Assembly (NCBI GenBank): GCA_963795855.1
Contig: CAWCIZ010000001.1
Location: forward strand, 128,001 to 192,000
Source: Vulcanimicrobiota bacterium
GTDB lineage: Bacteria > Vulcanimicrobiota > Vulcanimicrobiia > Vulcanimicrobiales > Vulcanimicrobiaceae
Direction: 5' to 3'
DNA length: 64,000 nt
Position 1 is the stretch's first letter; every line of letters begins with the position of its first letter. The notes beneath the pieces were generated by a model. It saw only the letters and a list, made by a program, of their open reading frames with translations, was not told where the DNA came from and made no database searches. The position numbers were made by a program, and so were the translations under genes. Shown here in pieces: positions 40,680 to 50,594 of this stretch.

Positions 40680-41432
40680 ATGCCCGCGCCCGTCACGATT
40701 CTCGGATGCCGGCTCGACCCCATGGATGCGGATGCTGCGACGGATGCAATTTTGCGTTTCGCTCGTGAAGGCGCCGCCGCGCAAATCGTGACGCTCGGTA
40801 CGGAGATGGTCGTACACGCGCAGCGCGACGAGCGCTATCGCGACGTCGTCAATCGCTGTGCGCTCTCGCTTTGCGATACTGTGGGACTGCTCGCCGTCGC
40901 GCGATCGCGCGGCGCGGATCTGCACGAGCGCGTTACCGGCGTCGAGTTGATCGAACACCTCTGCGCCCGCGCGGCAAGAGAAGGCGTAAACGTGTATCTT
41001 TTCGGCGGAGCGCCCGCCATCGCCGAACGGGCGGCGCAGGAACTTTCGCGGCGATATCCCGGCTTGCGCATAGCCGGAACGCGCAACGGTTACTTCAGCG
41101 AGGACGAATCAACGCATATCGCGCAAGAGATTCGGGAAAGCGGCGCTCAACTGCTGTTCGCCGGAATGGGATTTCCGAAGCAAGAGTTTTGGCTCGCCGA
41201 TCATTTGCGCGAAACCGGCTGTGGCGCCGGAATCGGAGTGGGCGGATCGTTCGACGTCATCAGCGGCAACGTCGAGCGCGCGCCGGAGCGCTGGCGAAAA
41301 CTCGGCCTCGAATGGCTTTATCGCCTGGTGAAAGAACCCCATCGCTGGCGCCGGCAGCTGGCATTGCCGCATTTCGTGCTGCTCGTCGCCGGTGAAAACG
41401 TTCGGTCGCGCTTCGCAAGGGGAAGAACCTAA
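40680..41432 (+). CDS. WecB/TagA/CpsF family glycosyltransferase
   Basis: RVTGVEL, GMGFPKQE, GVGGSFD, GLEWLYRL. Confidence 0.92.
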   Translation: MPAPVTILGCRLDPMDADAATDAILRFAREGAAAQIVTLGTEMVVHAQRDERYRDVVNRCALSLCDTVGLLAVARSRGADLHERVTGVELIEHLCARAAREGVNVYLFGGAPAIAERAAQELSRRYPGLRIAGTRNGYFSEDESTHIAQEIRESGAQLLFAGMGFPKQEFWLADHLRETGCGAGIGVGGSFDVISGNVERAPERWRKLGLEWLYRLVKEPHRWRRQLALPHFVLLVAGENVRSRFARGRT

Positions 41433-41435
41433 CCG

Positions 41436-42428
41436 ATGAAAGCCATGATTCTCGCGGGCGGCTTGAGTACGCGCCTCTATCCGCTTACCAAACAGGTGCC
41501 CAAACCGCTGGTTCCCGTTGCCGGCGAACCAAACGCCGTGCACCTCATCCGGTACTTGAAATCGTACGGCATCGATGAGATCGCGATCAACGTTCACTAC
41601 CTTGCCGAAATGATCGCGGAAACGCTCGGCGACGGATCGGCGTTCGGCGTGCGTCTCGAATATCTGTACGAAAAAGTGCTTTTGGGCAGTGCCGGTGCGG
41701 TCGAACAGATGAAGTATTTTCTTTCTGATGCGCCGTTCGTCGTCGTGGGATGCGACGATTTGACGGATCTCCCGCTGGATCGGCTGCTGCAGTTTCACGC
41801 GCAGAAGAAAGCCATAGCAACGATCGGCCTTGTCGAGCGTGACGAGGTCGACCAGTACGGCGTCGTCGTGACCGATTCCGACGGCAAGATCACCGGCTTT
41901 CAAGAAAAACCGCCAAAAGGAACGGAAAAGAGCAAACTCGTCAACACCGGCATTTACGCGTTCACGCCGGATATCTTCGATCGCATTCCGCCGGGCGAGT
42001 TTTACGACTTCGGCAAAAACGTGTTTCCGTCGCTGCAGGAAGCGGCAGAGCCGTTCTACGGTTTCGACGCGCGCGGCGCGTATTGGTGCGACATCGGCAC
42101 GCCCGGCGAATACCGGCGCGCCACGAGCGACGTGCTGCGCGGCATCTTTCGCATCCCGGGTCATCCGCCCATTACGAACGACGTGTGGATCGGCCGCGAC
42201 GCGCGCGTTGCGCCCGATGCCGCCATTACCGGACCTTCCGTCATCGGAAACAACGTCGAGGTGCGCAGCGGCGCGCGAGTCGAACGGTCGATCGTTTGGC
42301 AAGGTTCCTCGATCGGTGAAGGAGCAACGCTTCGCGATGCAATCGTCGGTATGAATTACGAAGTGCAGCCGGGCGCGACGCTCGACGGGGCGATCGTCGC
42401 AAACGAACCCGACGCCGCTAACGTCTAG
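41436..42428 (+). CDS. NDP-sugar pyrophosphorylase family protein
   Basis: ILAGGLSTRLYPLT, PKPLVP, FQEKP, WCDIGTP. Confidence 0.9.
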   Translation: MKAMILAGGLSTRLYPLTKQVPKPLVPVAGEPNAVHLIRYLKSYGIDEIAINVHYLAEMIAETLGDGSAFGVRLEYLYEKVLLGSAGAVEQMKYFLSDAPFVVVGCDDLTDLPLDRLLQFHAQKKAIATIGLVERDEVDQYGVVVTDSDGKITGFQEKPPKGTEKSKLVNTGIYAFTPDIFDRIPPGEFYDFGKNVFPSLQEAAEPFYGFDARGAYWCDIGTPGEYRRATSDVLRGIFRIPGHPPITNDVWIGRDARVAPDAAITGPSVIGNNVEVRSGARVERSIVWQGSSIGEGATLRDAIVGMNYEVQPGATLDGAIVANEPDAANV

Positions 42429-42463
42429 ACATAGCAGCATAGAAACCGCGCGTGCCGTCGTGA

Positions 42464-43060
42464 ATGACGGGCGTGACGCTGCAGAACGTGCTCGAGTTTC
42501 TGTTTCCGCCTCAATGCGGCGGGTGCGAAGCGCCCGGAAGGGGGATTTGCGCGCGTTGCTTGCCGCCCGACGCTGCTGCAACGGTTCGCTTGCCCACCCT
42601 CCGCGTTTTGAGCCTCGCACCATATGAAGGCAATCTGCGCCACGCCGTCCTTGCACTGAAAAACGGACGCCGCGACGTGGCTCGCGGATTTGCAACGCGC
42701 CTCTCCGAAATCGTCGAAGCGGGAAGTACGCTCGTACCGGTCCCGACCACGCCTGCGCGGCGCCGCGAACGCGGCTTCGACGGCTGCGAGCTGATCGCGC
42801 GAAGGGTCTGCGCGGAAAGCGGCGTCCGCGTCTGCGCGGGACTCGTGCAAATTGCAGGCGACCGGCAACGCGGCCGGAATCGCGAAGCGCGCCTTTCCGC
42901 GCGCGGACGTTTCGCGTGGCGAGGCGAGCCAATGCACGGCGTCGGGGCCGTTCTGCTGGATGACGTCGTGACGACCGGGGCGACGCTGGAGGATTGCGCG
43001 CACGTGCTCCGGTCGCACGGAGCGATCGTGGAAAGAGCGATTGTGATTGCGAGGGCGTAA
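42464..43060 (+). CDS. comF: ComF family phosphoribosyltransferase-domain protein
   Basis: CxxC..CxxC zinc ribbon, VPVP, ERGF, LLDDVVTTGAT. Confidence 0.88.
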   Translation: MTGVTLQNVLEFLFPPQCGGCEAPGRGICARCLPPDAAATVRLPTLRVLSLAPYEGNLRHAVLALKNGRRDVARGFATRLSEIVEAGSTLVPVPTTPARRRERGFDGCELIARRVCAESGVRVCAGLVQIAGDRQRGRNREARLSARGRFAWRGEPMHGVGAVLLDDVVTTGATLEDCAHVLRSHGAIVERAIVIARA

Positions 43061-43072
43061 TACGCCCTTTGA

Positions 43073-44164
43073 GTGGACGCACTAGACCGGCTTTTCTTGG
43101 AGCGCGCGAACGAACTCGCGCGCCGCGGCATCGGAAACACCTCTCCGAATCCTGCGGTGGGCGCCGTCGCGGTACGCGACGGTTCGATCGTAGGCGAGGG
43201 CTATCATCACCGCGCCGGCGAACCGCATGCGGAAGCGAACGCCCTGCGAGCCGCCGGAGAATCCTCGCGCGGCGCAACGCTGTACGTGTCATTAGAACCG
43301 TGCAATCACGCCGGCCGTACGCCGCCGTGCTCGCGCGCCGTCGTCGATGCGCACATCGCGCGTGTCGTGATCGGCGTCGCGGATCCGAATCCGCGAACTG
43401 CAGGCGGCGGCATCGCACATTTACGCGCGCACGGCATCGACGTCGAAATCGCGAACGACGCGGAATCGATCGCGATTGTCGAACCGTTTGCGCGCGCGAT
43501 TCGGGCGGATCGCCCATTCGTGACGCTGAAAATGGCGATGTCGCTCGACGGCTACGTCGCGTCGGGGCGAGGCGTGCAGCAGTGGCTGACCGGCCCGCAG
43601 GCGCGTGAATTCGTGCGCGAGCTTCGCATCGCGCATGACGCGGTTGCAGTGGGCGCCGGAACCGTGCGCGTGGACAACCCGCGCCTGACGGTCCGGCCCG
43701 AACATCACCGTCTTGTGCCGTACCGGCGTGTCGTCATGTGCGAAACGGATGCGGTCGAAAGCAAAAGCCTCGTCTTTTCGCCGCGTGAAGGTTACGCGCG
43801 CACCATCGTCGCGGCGCCGGCCGGCGCGCGCGAACGGTTTACGTCGCTCGAGCGTGTTGCCGACGTGCTCTACGTCGGGCCGGATGCTTCGCGCGACCTG
43901 GACGTCGCGCTGGCGCTGCGCGAATTGCGCGGCCTCGGCATCGCGTCACTTCTATGCGAGGGCGGCCCGACGCTTGCGGCGCGCCTGTTCGAAGCGGGAC
44001 TCGTCGATCGCTTTTACGGGCTGATTGCGCCGCGGTTCTTGCGTGCGCCCCAGGCCGTACCGGTGCTTGCGCGTGGCACACTGCCGCAGGTGCGGGGCCT
44101 TCGGTTCGACCGCGTCGAACGTGTGGGGCCGGATTTACTTATCGCAGGACTCGTGGATGTTTAG
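43073..44164 (+). CDS. ribD: riboflavin biosynthesis deaminase/reductase
   Basis: PNPAVG, HAE, LEPCNH..PPC, SLDG, CEGG. Confidence 0.95.
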   Translation: MDALDRLFLERANELARRGIGNTSPNPAVGAVAVRDGSIVGEGYHHRAGEPHAEANALRAAGESSRGATLYVSLEPCNHAGRTPPCSRAVVDAHIARVVIGVADPNPRTAGGGIAHLRAHGIDVEIANDAESIAIVEPFARAIRADRPFVTLKMAMSLDGYVASGRGVQQWLTGPQAREFVRELRIAHDAVAVGAGTVRVDNPRLTVRPEHHRLVPYRRVVMCETDAVESKSLVFSPREGYARTIVAAPAGARERFTSLERVADVLYVGPDASRDLDVALALRELRGLGIASLLCEGGPTLAARLFEAGLVDRFYGLIAPRFLRAPQAVPVLARGTLPQVRGLRFDRVERVGPDLLIAGLVDV

Positions 44165-44771
44165 CGGATTGATTTCATCGGGTGGCACCGTGCTGCAGGC
44201 GCAGCCGGAATCGGGCGGACTGCGGCTGCGCGTGCGCTGTGAGAACGCGTCCGACGAGGAAGTGGAAGCGAAGGACTCAATCGCAATCAATGGCGTCTGT
44301 CTGACCGCTACGCGCGTCGATCACAACGTCATCGACTTTGACGTGATTCCGGAGACGCTCGCGCGTTCGAATCTCGGGTCGCTGGCTGAAGGCGACGTCG
44401 TGAACGTCGAGTATTCGCTCCGCTTGGGCGATCGTATGGGCGGACATTTCGTCTACGGACACGTCGATGCGTCCGCGCAAGTCCTGGCGCGCGAACCCGA
44501 AGGCCAAGGCGAGCGCATGCGCATCGAACTTCCGGCGTCGCTGCAGCGGTACGTCTGTGAAAAGGCGTTCGTGAGCGTCGACGGCGTGAGCGTGACGGTC
44601 GCCGCGGTAGGCGAGGGATGGTTCGAACTCGGACTCATTCCCGAAACGCTGCGGCGCACCACGCTCGGACGCAGAAAACGCGGCGAACGCGTGAATCTCG
44701 AGATCGATCCGCTCGCGCGCTACGCGGCCGGCTACGCTTTGTCCGGCACTGCGGCCAATGGCGACGTTTAA
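44157..44771 (+). CDS. ribE: riboflavin synthase (alpha subunit)
   Basis: MFSGLI start, INGVCLT, GGHFVYGHVD, VNLEID. Confidence 0.93.
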   Translation: MFSGLISSGGTVLQAQPESGGLRLRVRCENASDEEVEAKDSIAINGVCLTATRVDHNVIDFDVIPETLARSNLGSLAEGDVVNVEYSLRLGDRMGGHFVYGHVDASAQVLAREPEGQGERMRIELPASLQRYVCEKAFVSVDGVSVTVAAVGEGWFELGLIPETLRRTTLGRRKRGERVNLEIDPLARYAAGYALSGTAANGDV

Positions 44772-45213
44772 AGACGACAAGCCCGCAAGCGCTCGAACGT
44801 TCGAGGCGCGCGTCATGGTGCAATGGGCGGACGTCGACATCGCCGGCATCATGTATTTCGCGGCATACCAGCGCGCGGCGGAGCGCGCCGAAATGGAGTT
44901 TTTCTCGGAAATCGGTTTTCCGTACCAGACGGTCTTCCAAGAGCACGACATTTGGCTTCCGCGTGTGCACGTCGAAGCGGACTATCACAAACCGGCGCTC
45001 ATGGGCGACTGGCTCCGTTTGCGCACGCACATCACGCACGTCGGCGCGTCGTCCGTCAAATGGGAGACGGTCGTGTTCAACGAGCGCACCAGCGAGGCCG
45101 GTGCGGTCATGCGGCTCACCGTCGCCTGCATGGATCGCCGAACGCTCAAGAGCCGGCCGCTTCCAGCCGCGATTCGTGCCGCGCTCGTCGCGTGCTTGGG
45201 AGATCCGCAGTGA
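44758..45213 (+). CDS. acyl-CoA thioesterase (YbgC/4HBT family)
   Basis: VQWADVDIAGIMYF hotdog-fold motif. Confidence 0.85.
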   Translation: MATFKDDKPASARTFEARVMVQWADVDIAGIMYFAAYQRAAERAEMEFFSEIGFPYQTVFQEHDIWLPRVHVEADYHKPALMGDWLRLRTHITHVGASSVKWETVVFNERTSEAGAVMRLTVACMDRRTLKSRPLPAAIRAALVACLGDPQ

Positions 45214-46253
45214 TCGTTCAGCGCACGACGATGCGGTCGGCAATTCTCGTCGAGCCGAAAAAGATCGAATTGCGCGGCGTAGCGATGCCGCAGCCGGCGC
45301 GCGGCGCAGTGGTGGTTCGCGTCCGCGCCGCACTCACGGATGGAACCGATCTCAAAGCGTATCGACGCGGACATCCGCAAATGCCCATGCCCACGCCGTT
45401 CGGGCACGAATTTTCCGGTGATGTCACTGCAGTCGGCGAAGGTGTGACGAAGTTTTCGCCCGGCGATGCGATCATGAGCGTTCACTCGGCGCCGTGCACG
45501 GTGTGCTATTGGTGCGAGCGCGGTGAAGAAGAGCTCTGCGAGTCGGTGATGGCCACGAAAATCTTGGGCGCGTACGCGGAATACATCGAGATTCCCGGAC
45601 ACATCGTCGAACGGAACTGCTACCGCAAACCGCCGGACCTCTCGTACGCCTGCGCCGCCTTTCTGGAACCGGTTTCATGCGTCGTGCATTCGCTCGATTT
45701 TCTTGCCGCCGCGAAGCGCTCCACGGTCGCCGTCATCGGGGACGGCGGGTTCGGCTTGCTGCATGCGGCGCTGCTCGCGCAGGGCGGTATGCGCGCAATT
45801 CTCGTGGGGCGCCATCAGGAGCGGATGCGCATCGGACGCGCTTTCGGCGTTCGGGAAACCATCGACGCGCGCAGCGAAGACGTCGCCCAACGCGTGCGTG
45901 AACTTACCGAAGGCCGCGGCGCGGATGCGCTCGTCGAGTGTACCGGCAAAGAAGAAATCTGGGAGGCAGCGCCGATGATGGTGCGGCGCGGCGGCACGGT
46001 TTCATTCTTCGGCGGCTTACCGTCGAGTGCGCGCGTGTCGTTCTTGGCGGGACGTCTCCATTACGATGAAGTGCGGCTCGTCAGCCCGTTTCATTTCACG
46101 CCGCGCGCGGTGAAGCGCGCATACGATCTGCTCGCGTCGCGCGAGCTGGATCCGGCGCCGCTGATCAGCGGCAGCGTGTCGTTAGAGAGCATCGGCGAGG
46201 TTTTCGCGCGCCTGGACGCGGGGGAAGGCATAAAATTCGCGATTCAGCCGTGA
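45210..46253 (+). CDS. zinc-binding alcohol dehydrogenase family protein
   Basis: GHE motif, CxxCxxCx7C structural zinc site, GDGGFG. Confidence 0.88.
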   Translation: MIVQRTTMRSAILVEPKKIELRGVAMPQPARGAVVVRVRAALTDGTDLKAYRRGHPQMPMPTPFGHEFSGDVTAVGEGVTKFSPGDAIMSVHSAPCTVCYWCERGEEELCESVMATKILGAYAEYIEIPGHIVERNCYRKPPDLSYACAAFLEPVSCVVHSLDFLAAAKRSTVAVIGDGGFGLLHAALLAQGGMRAILVGRHQERMRIGRAFGVRETIDARSEDVAQRVRELTEGRGADALVECTGKEEIWEAAPMMVRRGGTVSFFGGLPSSARVSFLAGRLHYDEVRLVSPFHFTPRAVKRAYDLLASRELDPAPLISGSVSLESIGEVFARLDAGEGIKFAIQP

Positions 46254-47257
46254 ACTCGAAGATGCGTGCCGCCGTTCTCTACGACGTCGACGATATTCGC
46301 ATCGAACAACGGGACGTTCCGCAGATCGGTGCCGGAGAATTGCTCGTGCAAACGCGCGCGAGCGGCATCTGCACCGGAGACGTGATGGGGTGGTACGTGC
46401 GGCGCAAGGCGCCGCTCGTGCTCGGACACGAACCCGCGGGCGTCGTCGCTGCAGTCGGCGAAGGCGTGCGAGGCTTTGCGCCGGGCGACCGCGTCTTCGT
46501 TCACCACCATGCGCCCTGTTTTGAGTGCGCCGCATGCGAGCGCGGCGATTACGTGCAATGCGCTACGTGGCGCCGAACGGCGATTCATCCCGGCGGCCTG
46601 GCCGAGTTCTTTCGCGTGCCGCGCGAGAACGTGCGCGATACGCTGCAGCTTCCGCAGAACGTGTCGTTCGTCGATGCGTCACTCGTCGAGCCGCTGGCAT
46701 GCGTCGTGAAATCGATAAAGCGCAGCGGGCTGCGCAGCGGCGAAACGATCTACGTCATCGGCCTGGGCGTCATGGGTCTCATGCACGCGCTTCTCGGGCA
46801 AGCACGCGGTGCGAATGTTGTCGGATCTGATTTTCTGGAGGAGCGCCGCGAGCATGCCGCCGCACTCGGCGTCCGCGCACTTCATCCGCGCGAGGGCTTT
46901 TCGGGTGCAAACGTGGTGATTTGCGGTCCCGGTTCGCCGGAAGCGCTGCGCGATGCGTTCGCCGCGGTCGCAGCCGGCGGAACGGTCGTCATGTTCACGC
47001 CGCTCGAACCGGGTGTGCCGTTCACCTTCGACGCGAATGACTTGTATTTTCGCGACGTAACGCTCGTGGCGAGTTATTCGTGCGGCCCGCGCGATACGCG
47101 CGAGGCGCTCGACTTCATCGCGCGCGGCGTCGTTACCGCGGAGCGGCTGGGCGCGACGCTCTTCCCGCTGGAAGAAGCGGCCGCCGCGTATGACGCGCTC
47201 CGCGGTTCGCGAATTCTCAAACCGATTGTGACGTTCGAACCGTCGCTGTTTCCCTAA
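46250..47257 (+). CDS. zinc-binding alcohol dehydrogenase family protein
   Basis: GICTGD, GHE, CxxCxxCx7C, GLGVMG. Confidence 0.88.
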   Translation: MNSKMRAAVLYDVDDIRIEQRDVPQIGAGELLVQTRASGICTGDVMGWYVRRKAPLVLGHEPAGVVAAVGEGVRGFAPGDRVFVHHHAPCFECAACERGDYVQCATWRRTAIHPGGLAEFFRVPRENVRDTLQLPQNVSFVDASLVEPLACVVKSIKRSGLRSGETIYVIGLGVMGLMHALLGQARGANVVGSDFLEERREHAAALGVRALHPREGFSGANVVICGPGSPEALRDAFAAVAAGGTVVMFTPLEPGVPFTFDANDLYFRDVTLVASYSCGPRDTREALDFIARGVVTAERLGATLFPLEEAAAAYDALRGSRILKPIVTFEPSLFP

Positions 47258-47898
47258 ACGGTGGGATAGCCCGGGCCGCCCGAAACGCGGTTCAGCGTTG
47301 CTTCCGATCCAATGGTTCCCGTCGTTGTCGTCTGCGTTTCGCCGCCGCGCCACGCTGCGCGCGCTTCGGCCTGCGATTGCTGAGCAACGGAGAGATCCAC
47401 CGGCATACCGATGTCGTTCAAATCCTGTACGACAACCGACGGAAGCAGGTCGCCGATTTCAACGATCGCCTGCGTGTAGTCTTCCAGATGACGGCGTGCG
47501 AGCGACGCGACGTCGGTGCTGCCGAACGCGTTGGCCGTCGTCAGCAGCATCGTGTAGCCCGCGGTACACAGCGCCAAAGCCGTGTACGAGTCGCGCAAGC
47601 CTTTCGCGACTTTCGTTTTTCGCATCTTGTCGATCGCGCTCGCCACCCACCCTTCGACGTTGGTGAACGCCGACTTCACCGGATGCGCCGGATGTCCGCC
47701 CAGCGAATCGAGCGCAGCGCGCAGCGTCTGTATGTGACTCTGCGAGAGCGACGAGATGCGCTGAGCGACTGCCGCGGCTTGCGGCATGTTGCGGAAATCG
47801 TCGTCGTTGCTTTGTGTCGTGAACGGTACGTTGACATGCTCTTCGAGGGCAAGCATGTCGCTTACGTACGTCGCTAAACTATGTTGTACGTCTGCCAT
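47254..47898 (-). CDS. ferritin-like (DUF892-like) stress protein
   Basis: YVSDMLALEEH, helical bundle pattern, LRDSYTAL, HLEDY. Confidence 0.6.
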   Translation of the reverse strand: MADVQHSLATYVSDMLALEEHVNVPFTTQSNDDDFRNMPQAAAVAQRISSLSQSHIQTLRAALDSLGGHPAHPVKSAFTNVEGWVASAIDKMRKTKVAKGLRDSYTALALCTAGYTMLLTTANAFGSTDVASLARRHLEDYTQAIVEIGDLLPSVVVQDLNDIGMPVDLSVAQQSQAEARAAWRGGETQTTTTGTIGSEATLNRVSGGPGYPTV

Positions 47899-48329
47899 GA
47901 TGGAGGCGGTGTACCCCTCGTTCCGCGTGTTCAAGTGCGGGGCGCTCCCTCGTGTGCTGCACGGCCCGGAGGCACAGGCGCTCCGTGCCATACGTCGGTC
48001 ACCGCATGAGGTGGTACTGAACCTATGGAGGTAGCATGACCCTCCTCATCATTGGTCCGGTGCTGTACTTCGGAGGAAGGTGGCTTGTTGAAATACCCGA
48101 TCCCTATGCCCCATCTGTGCCGAACTTGTGCGAGCAAATTATGGGATGATGGGTGCCCCCATTGCGCAGGCCGATAGGCCATTCCTCAGGGAGCAACCCG
48201 CGGCTTTGCCTACAACGCGCGAATGCGAGCGCTCTTTTTGCAATTTGAAGCCCGTTGGCGTTACCAACAAAAGCCCTAAGATCATTGAGATTCCCGTTTC
48301 TTTAGTTTGCTGCTCAACCAAGTTGGTTT

Positions 48330-49397
48330 TCAGTGCCGATTGTAACGCGCCTGATCGACGACTTCCTCAATTGCGGAGATAACGGCTGTCGGATGATCTA
48401 GCAAAATTGCGTGATGCGAGGCGGCAACAACAAAGTGAGCACCGACGGACGAGAGTCGTGCCAAGTGGTCTTCAGCCTTATCCTTCGCAAGCCACTCCGC
48501 TCGTTGCGCCGCCACGGATATTGGCCCCGGCGAGTAGTCGATGTCTCCCTCCTCCGAATCGGTGAGTACGATGAGAGGAAGCTTCCCGTAGGGGCGTGCC
48601 GCGCCGCGCACTTCGGAATGGCTCTTGTCTTCCGACTTCAGTTCGAGCATTTCGTCTTTCCAAAACGAAGGTTGGGCCAAGTGCTTTGCGCGCACTTCTG
48701 CAATCGCGCATTCCCTATCGGAGGGGTTTGGACACCCTTTTACGTGTAGATACGCGGCTGCGCCAGGAAAGAACGCACATGTTCCGCGTCCCACATTCTT
48801 TGCGCAATCAGCGAACTGGCCGTACCACTCTTGTTCTTGGTTGTCGTACCACGCAAGCGGCTTGTGCATAGCGGACGTGACGATCTTCGCGTAGTCGGTT
48901 AACGTAGCGAACTCGGTGTCCGGGTCAACCTCTACGAGACCGACAACCTCGCCCGGATAGGTGTACTGAAAGAGACGCGTGTACGGGCCCCCGCTCGACC
49001 ACCCGACGAGCACGTAGGGCGCGGTGATTCCCGCTTTCTGCAGAAGTGCGTGCAAATCGCTGACGATCGCGGCCGCATCCCGCGCATCATTTGCCGGATC
49101 GCTGAAACCTAAACCGGCTCTATCGTATGAGCAGACTCTCGTGTTTTGTGAAACGGCGGGTTGCACCAATCGCCACGCTGTCGAATCAGCCAGGAGCCCC
49201 GCCTCAAGAATCACCGTCGGTGAACCTTTACCAGTGCAAACGACGTTTAGCCGTCGTCCGCCGATATCAACAAGGTGAGCAGGATGCACGTACAAACTGA
49301 CATCATACGGTTGCGGTTTGATAGGCTTCGCCGCAACTTGTGTAAGAATCATCGTGCCAATAAGGGCAGCACGAAATAAGCATGTAAATGCTTTCAC
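48330..49397 (-). CDS. secreted alpha/beta hydrolase
   Basis: signal peptide, YDRAGLGFS, GWSSGG nucleophile elbow, C-terminal His. Confidence 0.85.
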   Translation of the reverse strand: MKAFTCLFRAALIGTMILTQVAAKPIKPQPYDVSLYVHPAHLVDIGGRRLNVVCTGKGSPTVILEAGLLADSTAWRLVQPAVSQNTRVCSYDRAGLGFSDPANDARDAAAIVSDLHALLQKAGITAPYVLVGWSSGGPYTRLFQYTYPGEVVGLVEVDPDTEFATLTDYAKIVTSAMHKPLAWYDNQEQEWYGQFADCAKNVGRGTCAFFPGAAAYLHVKGCPNPSDRECAIAEVRAKHLAQPSFWKDEMLELKSEDKSHSEVRGAARPYGKLPLIVLTDSEEGDIDYSPGPISVAAQRAEWLAKDKAEDHLARLSSVGAHFVVAASHHAILLDHPTAVISAIEEVVDQARYNRH

Positions 49398-49423
49398 GAA
49401 TTTCCTTCCTGGGTTAAACCCAG

Positions 49424-49984
49424 TTAGTTTACGCTATTTAACGTGCGCCTGATGGATTGGTACAGACCGGCGCCAAGGCACATTGCGGGAATAGCTCCGA
49501 AAAGACCAATCCAAGCTACAAGCGGCGCTTGAGATCCTGGGTGCCCTGCGAGCGCTGGAAGGATGAAGCACAAGACGAGAAATAGTGACGCGAAAAATGC
49601 AACCCGCAGGCCATCGGTCCCCACGAGTCGCCCAAGGACCGCACCGAAAAGCGCTGCATTGACGTAGTCCATCGAAATTGTTACCGCAAGTGGCAGAAAG
49701 CTCTCTGCAATGAATACATGCACGAGGAGCATCGCAGCAAGCACGGCGAGCGTGATGAGGGCGATCCTGACCTGTCCGAGTGCGGATGTATGTGATCGAG
49801 AATACGAGAGCAGCGAGGGTATTGAAAGCAGTGCCTGCGACCAATACCAGCGCGTTGCGTCCTTCGCCCCGCGTGAATGAAGAATGCGCAGATATTCCTC
49901 CTGCAAATCGCCAGCAACGATCTCATAATCTCCTGAAGGGGCAGCTGCGGCGACGAGCGCTTGAGCGAGGGCAGGCGGCCTCAC
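49424..49984 (-). CDS. membrane protein with permease-prefix-like N-terminus (PadR partner)
   Basis: GDLQEEY...WYWSQ motif followed by four hydrophobic segments. Confidence 0.7.
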   Translation of the reverse strand: MRPPALAQALVAAAAPSGDYEIVAGDLQEEYLRILHSRGAKDATRWYWSQALLSIPSLLSYSRSHTSALGQVRIALITLAVLAAMLLVHVFIAESFLPLAVTISMDYVNAALFGAVLGRLVGTDGLRVAFFASLFLVLCFILPALAGHPGSQAPLVAWIGLFGAIPAMCLGAGLYQSIRRTLNSVN

Positions 49985-50313
49985 GCGATCACGTTCCGTA
50001 GTGATACGCCTGCGTGAAGTCGTTCGAGGGTCTTTTGCGCGTTCTTGAGTGCCGCAACGCCATCTGCCTCAACTTTGAAATGCCGTTTTGCCTTGCCGCC
50101 GCGCTCGGCGGTCGGTTCGCCGGTCCACGACGACACGAGTCCTTTTCGTTCGAGACGGTCCAGGGTCGCGTGGACGGTACCAATTGCGGGAGAGCGACCT
50201 GTTACGCGCTCGATTTCAGCGCGAATCATTGCCCCGTACGCGCCCTCGCCGAGACGGAGGATTGTGAGCAGGACAATATGCTCGAACTCCCCGAGGTACT
50301 CGCCTTTCGCCAT
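49981..50313 (-). CDS. PadR family transcriptional regulator
   Basis: LGEFEHIVLL, YGAMIR, TLDRLERKG, ERGGKAKR. Confidence 0.92.
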   Translation of the reverse strand: MAKGEYLGEFEHIVLLTILRLGEGAYGAMIRAEIERVTGRSPAIGTVHATLDRLERKGLVSSWTGEPTAERGGKAKRHFKVEADGVAALKNAQKTLERLHAGVSLRNVIA

Positions 50314-50322
50314 AATTTCGAC

Positions 50323-50351
50323 ATAATAGACAATATGGCGTCCATTGTCAA
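50323..50351 (-). promoter_or_regulatory. padR promoter TTGACA-N17-TATTAT
   Basis: -35 at 50351-50346, -10 at 50328-50323, 9 nt before the ATG. Confidence 0.7.
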
Positions 50352-50558
50352 TGCGCGCCCGATCCCCACGCTTCTCGGTCGACCCAATGTCAACCAACGA
50401 GGCGGGACGACGGGCGAGTTTACGAGGAAATTCGCAAATTCATGCGGGCCTGCAGAAAGTTTGATTCGCGTTGGCGTCCCGGGCGCACGACGGTTCTGCC
50501 CCAAAAAGTGGTCCTTATGCCTTCTTAGGCGACCCCGCAGCCCCAGCCCGCTTGGCGG

Positions 50559-50588
50559 CTTGACAACTGTCAAGTCCGGCGATACGGT
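50559..50588 (+). promoter_or_regulatory. ribBA promoter TTGACA-N17-TACGGT with palindrome CTTGACA-AC-TGTCAAG over the -35
   Basis: palindrome 50559-50574; -10 at 50583-50588, 6 nt before the GTG start. Confidence 0.7.
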
Positions 50589-50594
50589 CGGTCT

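Noticed and set aside
42421..42430. ACGTCTAGAC as a third SARP box
   Set aside because: Single copy formed by the last codons and stop of a gene, with no phased repeat or TAGAAT.
50352..50594. FMN riboswitch upstream of ribBA (or ribD)
   Set aside because: No AGGGCGGGGTGAAATTCCCGACCGGCGG-like core was found; the ribBA promoter abuts the start codon and ribD has a 12-nt gap.
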